Shown here: positions 63,795 to 64,000 of the stretch, piece after piece
Position numbering within the stretch: the first letter of the stretch is position 1
How the letters are laid out: each line of letters begins with the position of its first letter
Assembly (NCBI RefSeq): GCF_964204645.1
Contig: NC_134032.1
Coordinates: forward strand, 15,364,275 to 15,428,274
DNA: 64,000 nucleotides
Origin: Tubulanus polymorphus
Taxonomy: Eukaryota; Animalia; Nemertea
Direction of reading: 5' to 3'
Made by a program: the position numbers and the translations under genes
The notes under the pieces: generated by a model
Seen by the model: the letters and a program-made list of their open reading frames with translations, nothing else
What the model was told of the DNA's origin: nothing
Databases searched by the model: none

Positions 63795-63975
63795 AATAAA
63801 AACCCACAGTAGATAGTACGATAACCACACTCAAACGTGGTGGAACACACTATCTACAGATTAAAATAATTTGAAATCGATAATTTATTTTCTAAAATGT
63901 AAAAACATGACGTTTCGATCTCACACTAGAGATCAGCGTCATCGTTACACCTGGGTTTTTATCCCACAGTAGATA
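63795..63975 (-). mobile_element. Penelope-like repeat remnant with a degenerate hammerhead
   Basis: Shares aaccacactcaaacgtggtg with the 19.5- and 25.0-kb copies. The minus strand reads aggtgtaacgATGACGCtgatctctagtgtgagatcGAAAcgTCatgttttt. Confidence 0.6.
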
Positions 63976-64000
63976 TATAGACATTTTCTCACAGTTTCGG

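Overview
This is eukaryotic, intron-containing and repeat-rich DNA from a bilaterian invertebrate, probably a lophotrochozoan (inferred from the receptor family and the repeat landscape). Protein-coding content: three tandem intronless rhodopsin-class GPCRs (minus strand, 17.9-24.6 kb); a two-coding-exon uncharacterised acidic/coiled-coil protein (plus, 44.1-46.6 kb); a seven-exon type I membrane protein with a PLAT/LH2-like ectodomain and a tyrosine-repeat tail (minus, 50.0-54.9 kb); a head-to-head three-exon secreted PAN/apple-domain protein (plus, 55.8-58.2 kb); and a calmodulin-like gene whose 5' end lies beyond the window (minus, 60.0-63.7 kb). RNA genes: tRNA-Met(CAT), two tRNA-Gly(GCC) doublets that have decayed reciprocally, and a U2 snRNA inside the last calmodulin-like intron. 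The rest is MITE-like palindromes, minisatellites grown from MITE ends, tRNA-derived SINE remnants and microsatellites. The most notable unexplained structure is (i) minimal hammerhead-ribozyme motifs in a Penelope-like repeat upstream of two GPCRs, (ii) four oriented arrays of CTCF-like motifs arranged forward-reverse-forward-reverse, (iii) the PLAT receptor / PAN protein divergent pair, and (iv) a chimeric GPCR. All exon models were built by hand from GT-AG sites and frame continuity. No database search was possible.
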